Positions 44,017 through 51,829 of a stretch of DNA of 55,653 nucleotides are shown here, one piece after another. The DNA comes from an uncultured Rikenellaceae bacterium. GTDB lineage: Bacteria; Bacteroidota; Bacteroidia; Bacteroidales; VadinHA17. A model generated the notes under the pieces. The model worked only from the letters and a program-made list of their open reading frames with translations, had not been told where the DNA came from and ran no database searches. The stretch is taken from assembly GCA_964387565.1 (NCBI GenBank), contig CAYLYN010000004.1, positions 1 to 55,653 on the forward strand, read 5' to 3'. Position 1 is the stretch's first letter; the number at the start of each line of letters is the position of its first letter. The position numbers and the translations under genes are program-made.

Positions 44017-45576
44017 TTAAATATATTTTTTTATAAGCTCATTATAAGAGTCCAGTTCTTTTTTCTGCCAGTTACCGTCATACCCCAGTTTTTCAGCCAT
44101 TATCCTGACAACATCAGGAGCCATTTCAGCGCTGGCTTTTGCATTAAGCAAAGTTGCCCTGGTCCTCCTTGCAAGAACATCATCAAGATGCAGGGGCATT
44201 TCATTCCCGCATATCCAGGCAATCTCTGCCCTTGTATATGGAAGGTCTTTGTGAAGAGGCAATCCGGAATCGGGATCCTCAATAATGTTTTTTTCAATTT
44301 CCTTATATTCCTCCCCGTAAATACTCAGTCTGCCAGCATCATTCAATGAGTTTTTCTCTGACAGTTTAAGATTATACGTTATACATTTTCTCTTTTCAAG
44401 TAACCCTGCTTTAACAGCCCTGTCAAGTGTCTCCTCTGCCATGCGTCTGTATGTTGTCCATTTACCCCCGACAACAGATAGCAGCCCTGATGCTGAAAGG
44501 GTAATCTTATGTCGGCGTGAAACTTCCTTTGTGGCACCCGGATTTGAAGGATCAGCTGCAAGGGGCCTGAGTCCGGCATAGATACTTAACACGTCTTTCC
44601 GTTCAGGAGGCCTTTTAAGATACGAGGCTGCTGTATTAAGGATAAAATCAATTTCCTTTTCCTGTGCAACAGGCTCAAGGGAAATATCATCCAGAGGAGT
44701 ATCGGTGGTTCCTACAACGACTTCATCATACCAGGGTATTGCAAAAAGGACCCTTCCGTCATCAGTTTTAGGGATCATTATTGCCGAATTACTCTCAAGA
44801 AATGACCTGTTCAGAACCAGGTGTATTCCCTGTGAAGGTCTTATTGATGGTAATGCTGAAGGATTGTCCATCTTTGCTACCGAATCAGCAAAAACACCTG
44901 TTGCATTTATGACAACTCTGCCGTTTATAATGAATTCTTCATCCGACAGCATTTCGTGAGCCCTGACTCCTGAGATATTTCCATTCCCACTCTTCATCAG
45001 CTCATCTACCCTGAAATAGTTGAGGACAGTTGCACCTCTTTTCACGCATTCACGGGCAAGAGCAATTACCATCCTTGAATCATCAAACTGTCCGTCGTGA
45101 TAAACGATGCCTCCTCTCAGTCCTTCTTCCTTTAGGTTGGGAAGCCTTGAAATTGTTTTTTCTTTATTGATATAATATGATTTCCCAAGGCTTAAACGGC
45201 CCGAAAGAATATCGTAAAACTTCAGCCCCGCATAGTACTTTACAAAATCAAAATATGAATATAGCGGAATAATAAACTCCTGATCGGATGTAAGGTGAGG
45301 AGCATTTTTAAGCATAATACCACGCTCATGCAAGGCTTCTATTACAAGCATGATATCACCCTTCGCCAGATACCTTACTCCTCCATGCACGAGCTTTGTG
45401 CTCCTTGAAGATGTGGCAGTTGCAAAATCAGCCTGCTCAAGCAGCAGGGTCTCATATCCTCTGCTGATGCCATCAAGTGCTACACCTAATCCTGTAGCAC
45501 CACCACCTATTACAATGAGGTCCCACATTTTGCCCTTTTCCTGCTTCAGATTTTTGATCAGTTCGGTTCGGTTCAT
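44017..45576 (-). CDS. glpD: FAD-dependent glycerol-3-phosphate dehydrogenase
   Basis: 519 aa. DLIVIGGGATGLGVALD dinucleotide fold, STKLVHGGVRYL, GGKWTTYR. Confidence 0.9.
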   Translation of the reverse strand: MNRTELIKNLKQEKGKMWDLIVIGGGATGLGVALDGISRGYETLLLEQADFATATSSRSTKLVHGGVRYLAKGDIMLVIEALHERGIMLKNAPHLTSDQEFIIPLYSYFDFVKYYAGLKFYDILSGRLSLGKSYYINKEKTISRLPNLKEEGLRGGIVYHDGQFDDSRMVIALARECVKRGATVLNYFRVDELMKSGNGNISGVRAHEMLSDEEFIINGRVVINATGVFADSVAKMDNPSALPSIRPSQGIHLVLNRSFLESNSAIMIPKTDDGRVLFAIPWYDEVVVGTTDTPLDDISLEPVAQEKEIDFILNTAASYLKRPPERKDVLSIYAGLRPLAADPSNPGATKEVSRRHKITLSASGLLSVVGGKWTTYRRMAEETLDRAVKAGLLEKRKCITYNLKLSEKNSLNDAGRLSIYGEEYKEIEKNIIEDPDSGLPLHKDLPYTRAEIAWICGNEMPLHLDDVLARRTRATLLNAKASAEMAPDVVRIMAEKLGYDGNWQKKELDSYNELIKKYI

Positions 45577-45651
45577 CGCTGAAAATTAAATGATATGGAA
45601 TATTAATAATACAAAGAATAATCAATAGTTCACCAGTTTATTAGCTGAATA

Positions 45652-48126
45652 TTATTCAGTTAAATTGAAAAGTGCCGGTTTCTGGCAGGTGTAATCAAAC
45701 CTCAGATTGCCATTGGCATCAGATTTTATTGAACTGTATTCTGTGCCATTAACCAATAGTTTAAACATCGTATCAGGCTTTAAATCCGAGAGTGAAATGT
45801 TATATGTTCCCGCAGACAATATTTCCCAGATATAGTTACCTTCATTCCAGTCATTAATAATGATATCAACGGGCCGACTATTAGTCCGTGTTAAAGTCAG
45901 TCCTTCTGAATCTCTGTTCCCTGGAAAAAATTTCAGAGTATCTCCTTTCATGTCAACTCCAAAGCTCTTGCTTGCCTCAAATGAAAAACCTGAAGAGGCA
46001 ACTTTATACCTGTCAGACATTAAGTGTATATTATACACTTTATTTCTTAACATATAATTGAATTCTGTTCCGTTAAGGTCTTCAGGCAGATCAGGCTCAA
46101 GTCCGAATCTGTTCCATTTAGGCCTGATGCCATATATATCTCTGTACAGAGCGGTTATTGCTGTACCCGAACCGGCCAGAATATCTGATCCGATACCAGT
46201 CTGTGTCAGCCGGCTGAAACGTTGTGATGAAAGCCCGTCCTTATTATATTGTTCTAAAAGTTTCTTTATATACTTTAAAGCAATCTCTTTATTGTATTTC
46301 ACATATGATCTTACACCTAAATAACCCCACGTTGGAAAAATATCTCCATTTTCATAGTTTGGGAATGGCCAGTTAACCCGTTCATACACCTCTTCCTTTT
46401 TAAATGATTCAAAACACAGCGGCCAGTGAAACAGATCTTCTGAATTTGTTTTTGCCTCTATCTGGTCAAGTACGGATTTTATCCTTTCAGGGTTATCACA
46501 AATTCCGAATGCTATGGCGGCAAAGTTGACAGGAGTCACCAGGTTATCTCCATGAAGGGATCCATCTTTATCACGCCAGTAGATATATTGTTTTTTTTCC
46601 TCCGACCAGAATCCTCCATATTGAACAGGCATATTGAAAGCCTCTTTAAGTCTTGTTGCAATTGTTGAATAGTATGCAGCCTTACCAGTATCGCCAAGTA
46701 TTGTTTCACATTCCGCCCAGAGATTCATTGCTTCATACATCTGGGCATTTACAAAGGCATTCTCAAAGCTTGCCCACACCACATCAATCCAGTCACTGCA
46801 CTTGTTCTCCCCGGTATTGTCATTTAGCATCTCAAAGATCCCGTTATTGTTGGAGTCCCTTTTAATAAGCCAGTTTAGCACCTTTTCACAGTTGAGCTTA
46901 TGTGATTTCAGCCATTCTGTATCTCCTGTCTGGTGAAAAAGCTCGACGGTATTAATAACCTGTGAGGGCTGGGCATCAATGGTATATCCCCAGGGACAGT
47001 CATAATATCCTGTCTCATAATTATAGTTGCTGTTTTCAGCTTCAGGAACATCATGCCATCTTGAGAGGACCCTGCCATCACTCTCTGTTGCCTGGTCTCT
47101 TTCCTGGTCGAGCATAGATGCCATGTTTTTCAGATAATTCATATCATTAAGAGCCATCCCTAACTGGGCAAAGAAAGGTTCATGGAGACATTTCCAGTTT
47201 GTTACCCATCCGTTACCTCCCATTATATTTTTATCCACAACCCCGTACCGGCCTGTAGTATTAAGAAGTTCTCTTACTGCAACTGCATCAATTCCCTTAA
47301 GATCCCCCCTGCTGTATTGATTTTCATAATCAGCATAACTGATCTGGATTCTCATTGAAAGAATCCCTGCACTTACATCAAAAGGCCTGAAAACATCATT
47401 ATGCCCGCTGACAAACCTGCTGAGATTATAACGTTGCCCCAACTCATTCTGTGTCAGATACTGGGTAAATTTAAACTCCTCATCCGGCGTATGGCTGAAA
47501 GAGCTCGCAATACTGCCTCCGGCATTACAGCCGGCTTCAATCCTTAGTCCTGTTCCTCTATCTGTCTCCCAGAAAGTTACGCCGTCGGTATGCACTCCAT
47601 ACGTATCATTCTGATTATGCAGGTATTTGCACCATACAACACCTCCGGTATTAAGGATACCTCCCTTCCACGTTTCCATGCTTCCGAAAAACCAGGCTGG
47701 CATGGCCATATCATCAAGATTCAGGTTTTCCGGGTACTCCCTCCTGATTTCCCATATGATATTATTTGCACTGACTGAAAAAATCCAGGTCTCTGAAATG
47801 CTTATACTGTCATTCCCAAAGACAATATCACTTATGGTAATCGTGTTTCGGCGCTTTTTAACTTTCAGCGTGTGAGCAGACTCCAGAGAGGAAAAAACAC
47901 TGGAATGAGTCTTAATTGAAGTGCAGGCTCCTGAAGAAGAAAGTGTATTTCTTCCTTTTACTAAAAGCTCACTGATCCTGCAACCCTGAGCATAATCTAT
48001 TTTAAGCTGTATATTCGAGGATGAATCGGTCAGGGTAATAATTTTCCCGTCACGATCATGGTCCAGAACCTGAGCGTGTATTGAAAAAGATATCAGCAGC
48101 ATCAGTATGGCTGACAGGCTGCGCAT
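45652..48126 (-). CDS. large secreted protein, possible (alpha/alpha)6-type glycoside hydrolase plus beta-sandwich domains
   Basis: 824 aa with a signal peptide (LISFSIHAQ). The central region has a six-hairpin-glycosidase-like character (W/D/E-rich; ...WLIKRDSNNNGIFEM...). Family not recognised. Confidence 0.45.
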   Translation of the reverse strand: MRSLSAILMLLISFSIHAQVLDHDRDGKIITLTDSSSNIQLKIDYAQGCRISELLVKGRNTLSSSGACTSIKTHSSVFSSLESAHTLKVKKRRNTITISDIVFGNDSISISETWIFSVSANNIIWEIRREYPENLNLDDMAMPAWFFGSMETWKGGILNTGGVVWCKYLHNQNDTYGVHTDGVTFWETDRGTGLRIEAGCNAGGSIASSFSHTPDEEFKFTQYLTQNELGQRYNLSRFVSGHNDVFRPFDVSAGILSMRIQISYADYENQYSRGDLKGIDAVAVRELLNTTGRYGVVDKNIMGGNGWVTNWKCLHEPFFAQLGMALNDMNYLKNMASMLDQERDQATESDGRVLSRWHDVPEAENSNYNYETGYYDCPWGYTIDAQPSQVINTVELFHQTGDTEWLKSHKLNCEKVLNWLIKRDSNNNGIFEMLNDNTGENKCSDWIDVVWASFENAFVNAQMYEAMNLWAECETILGDTGKAAYYSTIATRLKEAFNMPVQYGGFWSEEKKQYIYWRDKDGSLHGDNLVTPVNFAAIAFGICDNPERIKSVLDQIEAKTNSEDLFHWPLCFESFKKEEVYERVNWPFPNYENGDIFPTWGYLGVRSYVKYNKEIALKYIKKLLEQYNKDGLSSQRFSRLTQTGIGSDILAGSGTAITALYRDIYGIRPKWNRFGLEPDLPEDLNGTEFNYMLRNKVYNIHLMSDRYKVASSGFSFEASKSFGVDMKGDTLKFFPGNRDSEGLTLTRTNSRPVDIIINDWNEGNYIWEILSAGTYNISLSDLKPDTMFKLLVNGTEYSSIKSDANGNLRFDYTCQKPALFNLTE

Positions 48127-48142
48127 TTAAGAATTTAAGTTT

Positions 48143-49258
48143 CTAATCTACAAACTTCAGACAGGATGGGGATTTTATTTTATAATCTTTCCCTGGAAGG
48201 ATCGGAACACCGGTTTTTTTATTCAATGTGAAAAGAGTGATATTACCGGAATTCTGATTTCCAACAATAAGATACTTTCCTGAAGGGTCGATAACAAAAT
48301 TCCTTGGCCATTCACCACCGCAGGAAGTAATATCTGCTACAGTTAATCTGCCGTCAGAACCAACTTTGTAAGTCACTATTGAATTATGCCCCCTGTTTGA
48401 TCCATACAGAAATTTCCCGTCTCTTGATAAATGGACATCGGCACAGAAGCTCTTCTCACTGAAACCCTGAGGCAGTGTGGATAAAGTCTGGATCTCTTTA
48501 AGATTTCCGTCCTTTTCAATATTGAAAACCGTAAGAGTGGAATTCAGCTCGTTGATAACAAACATTTTCGAGCCATCCTTGCTGAAGGTAAAATGACGGG
48601 GGCCTGCTCCTTTTGCCAGCTTTGCGTACCCGGTATTTATAAGCTTGCCTGTTTCCCTGTTGAGATCATAAATAGCCACCCTGTCAAGACCCAGGTCAGT
48701 CAGATAGATTTTCTTTCCATCGGGACCCGGAGAAACCATATGAGCATGTGACCGCGTTCCCTCTTCTCCCCTGAACATTATTGTATCACTTACTTCAACA
48801 GGCACTCCTTTGGAATCAAGTCTCACTACTGCTACAGATCCTCCTCCATAATTAGCAATGAGCAGGTAATCCTCCGAAGGAGTCAGTGAGATATAGCATG
48901 GACCACCATTCGGTACAGCAAGATCCTTGATTTTCTCTGTTGTTCCAGATTTAAGATCAAGCTTAAGAGCAGTAAGTCCGCCTGCCCTTACTCCATTCAT
49001 CCTGCCTACCTCATTTACTGCGTAAATCATGCTTAACTTCTTCGAGATGCAGAAATAGGAAGGATTATTTCCGGCATCATTTTCAGTAACCGGTGTGAAG
49101 GTCCCTTTTCCCAGATCAACATCAAGCACATGTATTCCTTTCTCTCCCTGGCCGGTATATTTTCCAACATAAAGCCTTGATGTCTGGCCATTAAGCACGA
49201 CTGAAAATACCAGCAATAATACCGGAATCAATACTGAATTATAAATTTTTTTCATCAT
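48143..49258 (-). CDS. secreted 7-bladed beta-propeller lactonase (6-phosphogluconolactonase/YbhE-like)
   Basis: Repeated blade motifs (GxxPxHxxxSPDGKxLYxxN-like). The start is set at the tandem ATGATG (49258) preceding a signal peptide MMKKIYNSVLIPVLLLVFSVVLNGQ. The 27-codon extension in the ORF track is the translated conserved leader. Confidence 0.75.
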   Translation of the reverse strand: MMKKIYNSVLIPVLLLVFSVVLNGQTSRLYVGKYTGQGEKGIHVLDVDLGKGTFTPVTENDAGNNPSYFCISKKLSMIYAVNEVGRMNGVRAGGLTALKLDLKSGTTEKIKDLAVPNGGPCYISLTPSEDYLLIANYGGGSVAVVRLDSKGVPVEVSDTIMFRGEEGTRSHAHMVSPGPDGKKIYLTDLGLDRVAIYDLNRETGKLINTGYAKLAKGAGPRHFTFSKDGSKMFVINELNSTLTVFNIEKDGNLKEIQTLSTLPQGFSEKSFCADVHLSRDGKFLYGSNRGHNSIVTYKVGSDGRLTVADITSCGGEWPRNFVIDPSGKYLIVGNQNSGNITLFTLNKKTGVPILPGKDYKIKSPSCLKFVD

Positions 49259-49303
49259 ATAATAATTGATTTTAATGGAATGATGGAATCCGCATGTTTG
49301 AAT
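49259..49303 (-). promoter_or_regulatory. conserved 5' leader, copy B (TCAAACATG-N4-TTCCATCATTCC-A-TTAAAATCAA-N7-ATGATG on the coding strand)
   Basis: Same three exact blocks as 28072-28119, placed immediately upstream of a tandem ATGATG start. Confidence 0.55.
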
Positions 49304-49373
49304 ATTATTTCTATTCTTGTTTTCATATTGTTCAATCATGTGAGTATCATCATAAGTATTTTATGTTCTGAAT

Positions 49374-50321
49374 CTAAACTTCAAAGTCATCTACCTCCCT
49401 GTATGCCTCAATAACTCTTGCCTCTCCCTCTTTTGTTCTGCTCTTCATTCCATGTTCCATGCAGATAACACCCTGGTAACCCTTGCTATGTACAAATTTG
49501 AATACATTTTTATAATTGATTTCCCCTGTTGTCGGTTCCATTCTGCCAGGATTATCACCACAATGCAATGCAGCAATTTCGCTCCAGGCAGCTTCCATAT
49601 TCGGTATAATGTTACCTTCTGTAATCTGCTGATGATAAACGTCTTCGATGATTTTGCAAGATGGACGGTTTACTGCCCTGCAAATAGCAAATGCCTGAGG
49701 TATGCCGGTCAGGAACAGTCCCGGATGGTCTCTTATTGTATTCAGAGGTTCAAGTACTATTGTTAGTCCGGCAGGTTCAACAATGTCACAACAATACCTG
49801 AGGTTGTCGATGACATTTGCTGTCTGGAAATCTCTTGAAAGTCTTTCGTCGTATCTGCCTGGTACAACCAGAGCATGTTTTGCTCCGGTTCTTTTCGCAA
49901 CTTCCACACCCTCTTTCATTTTACTGAGCAGCATCTCCCGTGTTTCCTGCTTGTTAAGCACAAATGATGTTACAGAGAAGTCGGCATAAAGTACAAAAGG
50001 TCCGAAGTCCATTCCAAGACGCTGAAGTTCTCCTGTAAGTTTTACCTGCTCATCAGGAGGCCTGTTCATCAGTCCGTTGTCAAACATTGCTCTGAAACCC
50101 ATATCGTGACAGAATTTTATATTGTCGACAATATCAGTTCCGGCATGCTCACGGAACATGCCAACCGAAGGTGCATATTTCAGTTTGAATGGAACAACAG
50201 GATCTGGTGCTTTTCCTTTTGTCTTTTTCTTCCCTTCCTGACCAAAAACTGCAGGAGCAGCTAAAACAGCGGCTCCTGCTAGTGTGGCTCTTCTTATGAA
50301 ATCTCTTCTTGAATTTATCAT
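49374..50321 (-). CDS. TAT-exported xylose-isomerase-like TIM-barrel protein (sugar phosphate isomerase/epimerase, hydroxypyruvate-isomerase-like)
   Basis: 315 aa. Twin-arginine signal SRRDFIRRATLAGAAVLAAPAVFG. The AP-endonuclease-2/xylose-isomerase-like pattern includes VLEPLN and HCGDNPGR. Confidence 0.7.
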   Translation of the reverse strand: MINSRRDFIRRATLAGAAVLAAPAVFGQEGKKKTKGKAPDPVVPFKLKYAPSVGMFREHAGTDIVDNIKFCHDMGFRAMFDNGLMNRPPDEQVKLTGELQRLGMDFGPFVLYADFSVTSFVLNKQETREMLLSKMKEGVEVAKRTGAKHALVVPGRYDERLSRDFQTANVIDNLRYCCDIVEPAGLTIVLEPLNTIRDHPGLFLTGIPQAFAICRAVNRPSCKIIEDVYHQQITEGNIIPNMEAAWSEIAALHCGDNPGRMEPTTGEINYKNVFKFVHSKGYQGVICMEHGMKSRTKEGEARVIEAYREVDDFEV

Positions 50322-50360
50322 ATCAGAAAAAAATTACATTTAAGCAGTGGTTCATCTAAA

Positions 50361-51710
50361 TCAACCCTCACCCGGTACGTAAGGAAGTCCTGCAACAGGT
50401 ACTTCTTTAGGTATGTTCACCGGACCAAAATCAAATACTGTCGGGCCGAGTTTGAGGTCGGAGTTCATCATCTCCTCATAAGTGGTCTCTTTACCGGTAT
50501 AAGCAGAGATACGTCCCATTATTGCTACCATGGTTGATATTGCAGTATTCTCCAGTTCATTGAATGTCTTACCGGTTCTGATGGCAGTTACAAGATCAAT
50601 ATGTTCCTGGACATAAGGATCAACACTTACATTATTAGTCGGTTTCCCGTCTTTATCCAGAGGATAATCATATTTCCAGAGCTCTGTTCCTGCAAGATCA
50701 AGTACTGCATTCCGGCAGTTGGTTGATCCCTTTGCACCCTGAAGTCGTTCGGATACATTGTTTACACAGCCATTAATCTGACGACACATACTATGAGCAT
50801 GAATGCCGTTCTCAAAGGTATAATCGATGCTGAAGTTGTCATACTGATCACCGGTAACGCGGCGCAGTCTTGAACCAAAGCCTACTGCTTTGACGGGGTG
50901 AGAACCTGTGAACCAGTTAAGAACATCAAGATTATGTACATGCTGTTCAACAATATGGTCACCTGAAAGCCAGGTCCAGTTAACCCAGTTACGTATCATA
51001 TACTCCATTTCACTCCAGCTGGGATTGGGATCGCGGTGCCATAGTTTGCCACCATTCCAGTATACTGTTCCACCAACCAGGTCACCAATAAGGCCCTGTG
51101 CTACCTGCTGCCATGTAGCGACATAGTCTCGCTGATGCCTCCTCTGAGTTCCAGTTGCAATGCTCAGCTCAAGCCCTTTTGCCTTCTGGGCTGTAGCCAT
51201 AACTGACCTTGCTCCGACAGGGTCAACACAAACCGGCTTTTCTGAAAATACGTGTTTCTTTGCCTGGACACATGCAGCCAGGTGCTCTGGACGGAAATAC
51301 GGAGGAGTTGCAAGAATTACAATGTCAACACCTGAATCGATCACTTTCTGGAAAGCATCGAAACCTGTAAAACAGTTCTCAGCAGGAACATCCTGGCCTT
51401 TCTGCTTCTTTATAGCATCCCTGCATGAATCAACTCTGTCCTGGAACGTATCACCAAGTGCAGTAACCTGAAGGTTTGGACCTGCACTAAGAAAATTGAT
51501 TGCAGCTCCTGTACCCCGACCGCCACAGCCAACTACCCCTGCTTTAAGCACCGGCCCATCAGGAGCCTGGTCGAGCATAACAGGAATTGTAACGCTCTTT
51601 TTTGATTCACGGGAACAGCTGGCAAGTATTGTGGGAGCAACTACGCCTGCCACACCCACTGATGCTGCTTTGCCAAGGAAATTTCGTCTTGAAATACTGG
51701 ATTTTTTCAT
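50361..51710 (-). CDS. TAT-exported Gfo/Idh/MocA-family NAD(P)-dependent oxidoreductase
   Basis: 449 aa. Signal SRRNFLGKAASVGVAGV...LASC. Rossmann motif AGVVGCGGRGTGAA, EKP (FSEKPV), and GDHIVEQHVHNLDV. Confidence 0.8.
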   Translation of the reverse strand: MKKSSISRRNFLGKAASVGVAGVVAPTILASCSRESKKSVTIPVMLDQAPDGPVLKAGVVGCGGRGTGAAINFLSAGPNLQVTALGDTFQDRVDSCRDAIKKQKGQDVPAENCFTGFDAFQKVIDSGVDIVILATPPYFRPEHLAACVQAKKHVFSEKPVCVDPVGARSVMATAQKAKGLELSIATGTQRRHQRDYVATWQQVAQGLIGDLVGGTVYWNGGKLWHRDPNPSWSEMEYMIRNWVNWTWLSGDHIVEQHVHNLDVLNWFTGSHPVKAVGFGSRLRRVTGDQYDNFSIDYTFENGIHAHSMCRQINGCVNNVSERLQGAKGSTNCRNAVLDLAGTELWKYDYPLDKDGKPTNNVSVDPYVQEHIDLVTAIRTGKTFNELENTAISTMVAIMGRISAYTGKETTYEEMMNSDLKLGPTVFDFGPVNIPKEVPVAGLPYVPGEG

Positions 51711-51829
51711 ATTGGTAAGGTTAGTGTTATGAAAAGAATTAATTACCTGCTATATGGATGACCTTTGTAAATATAAATAATAAATAAATTATTAGCCAGC
51801 AGCTTAAATATTTTTAACTATTAAAATGT

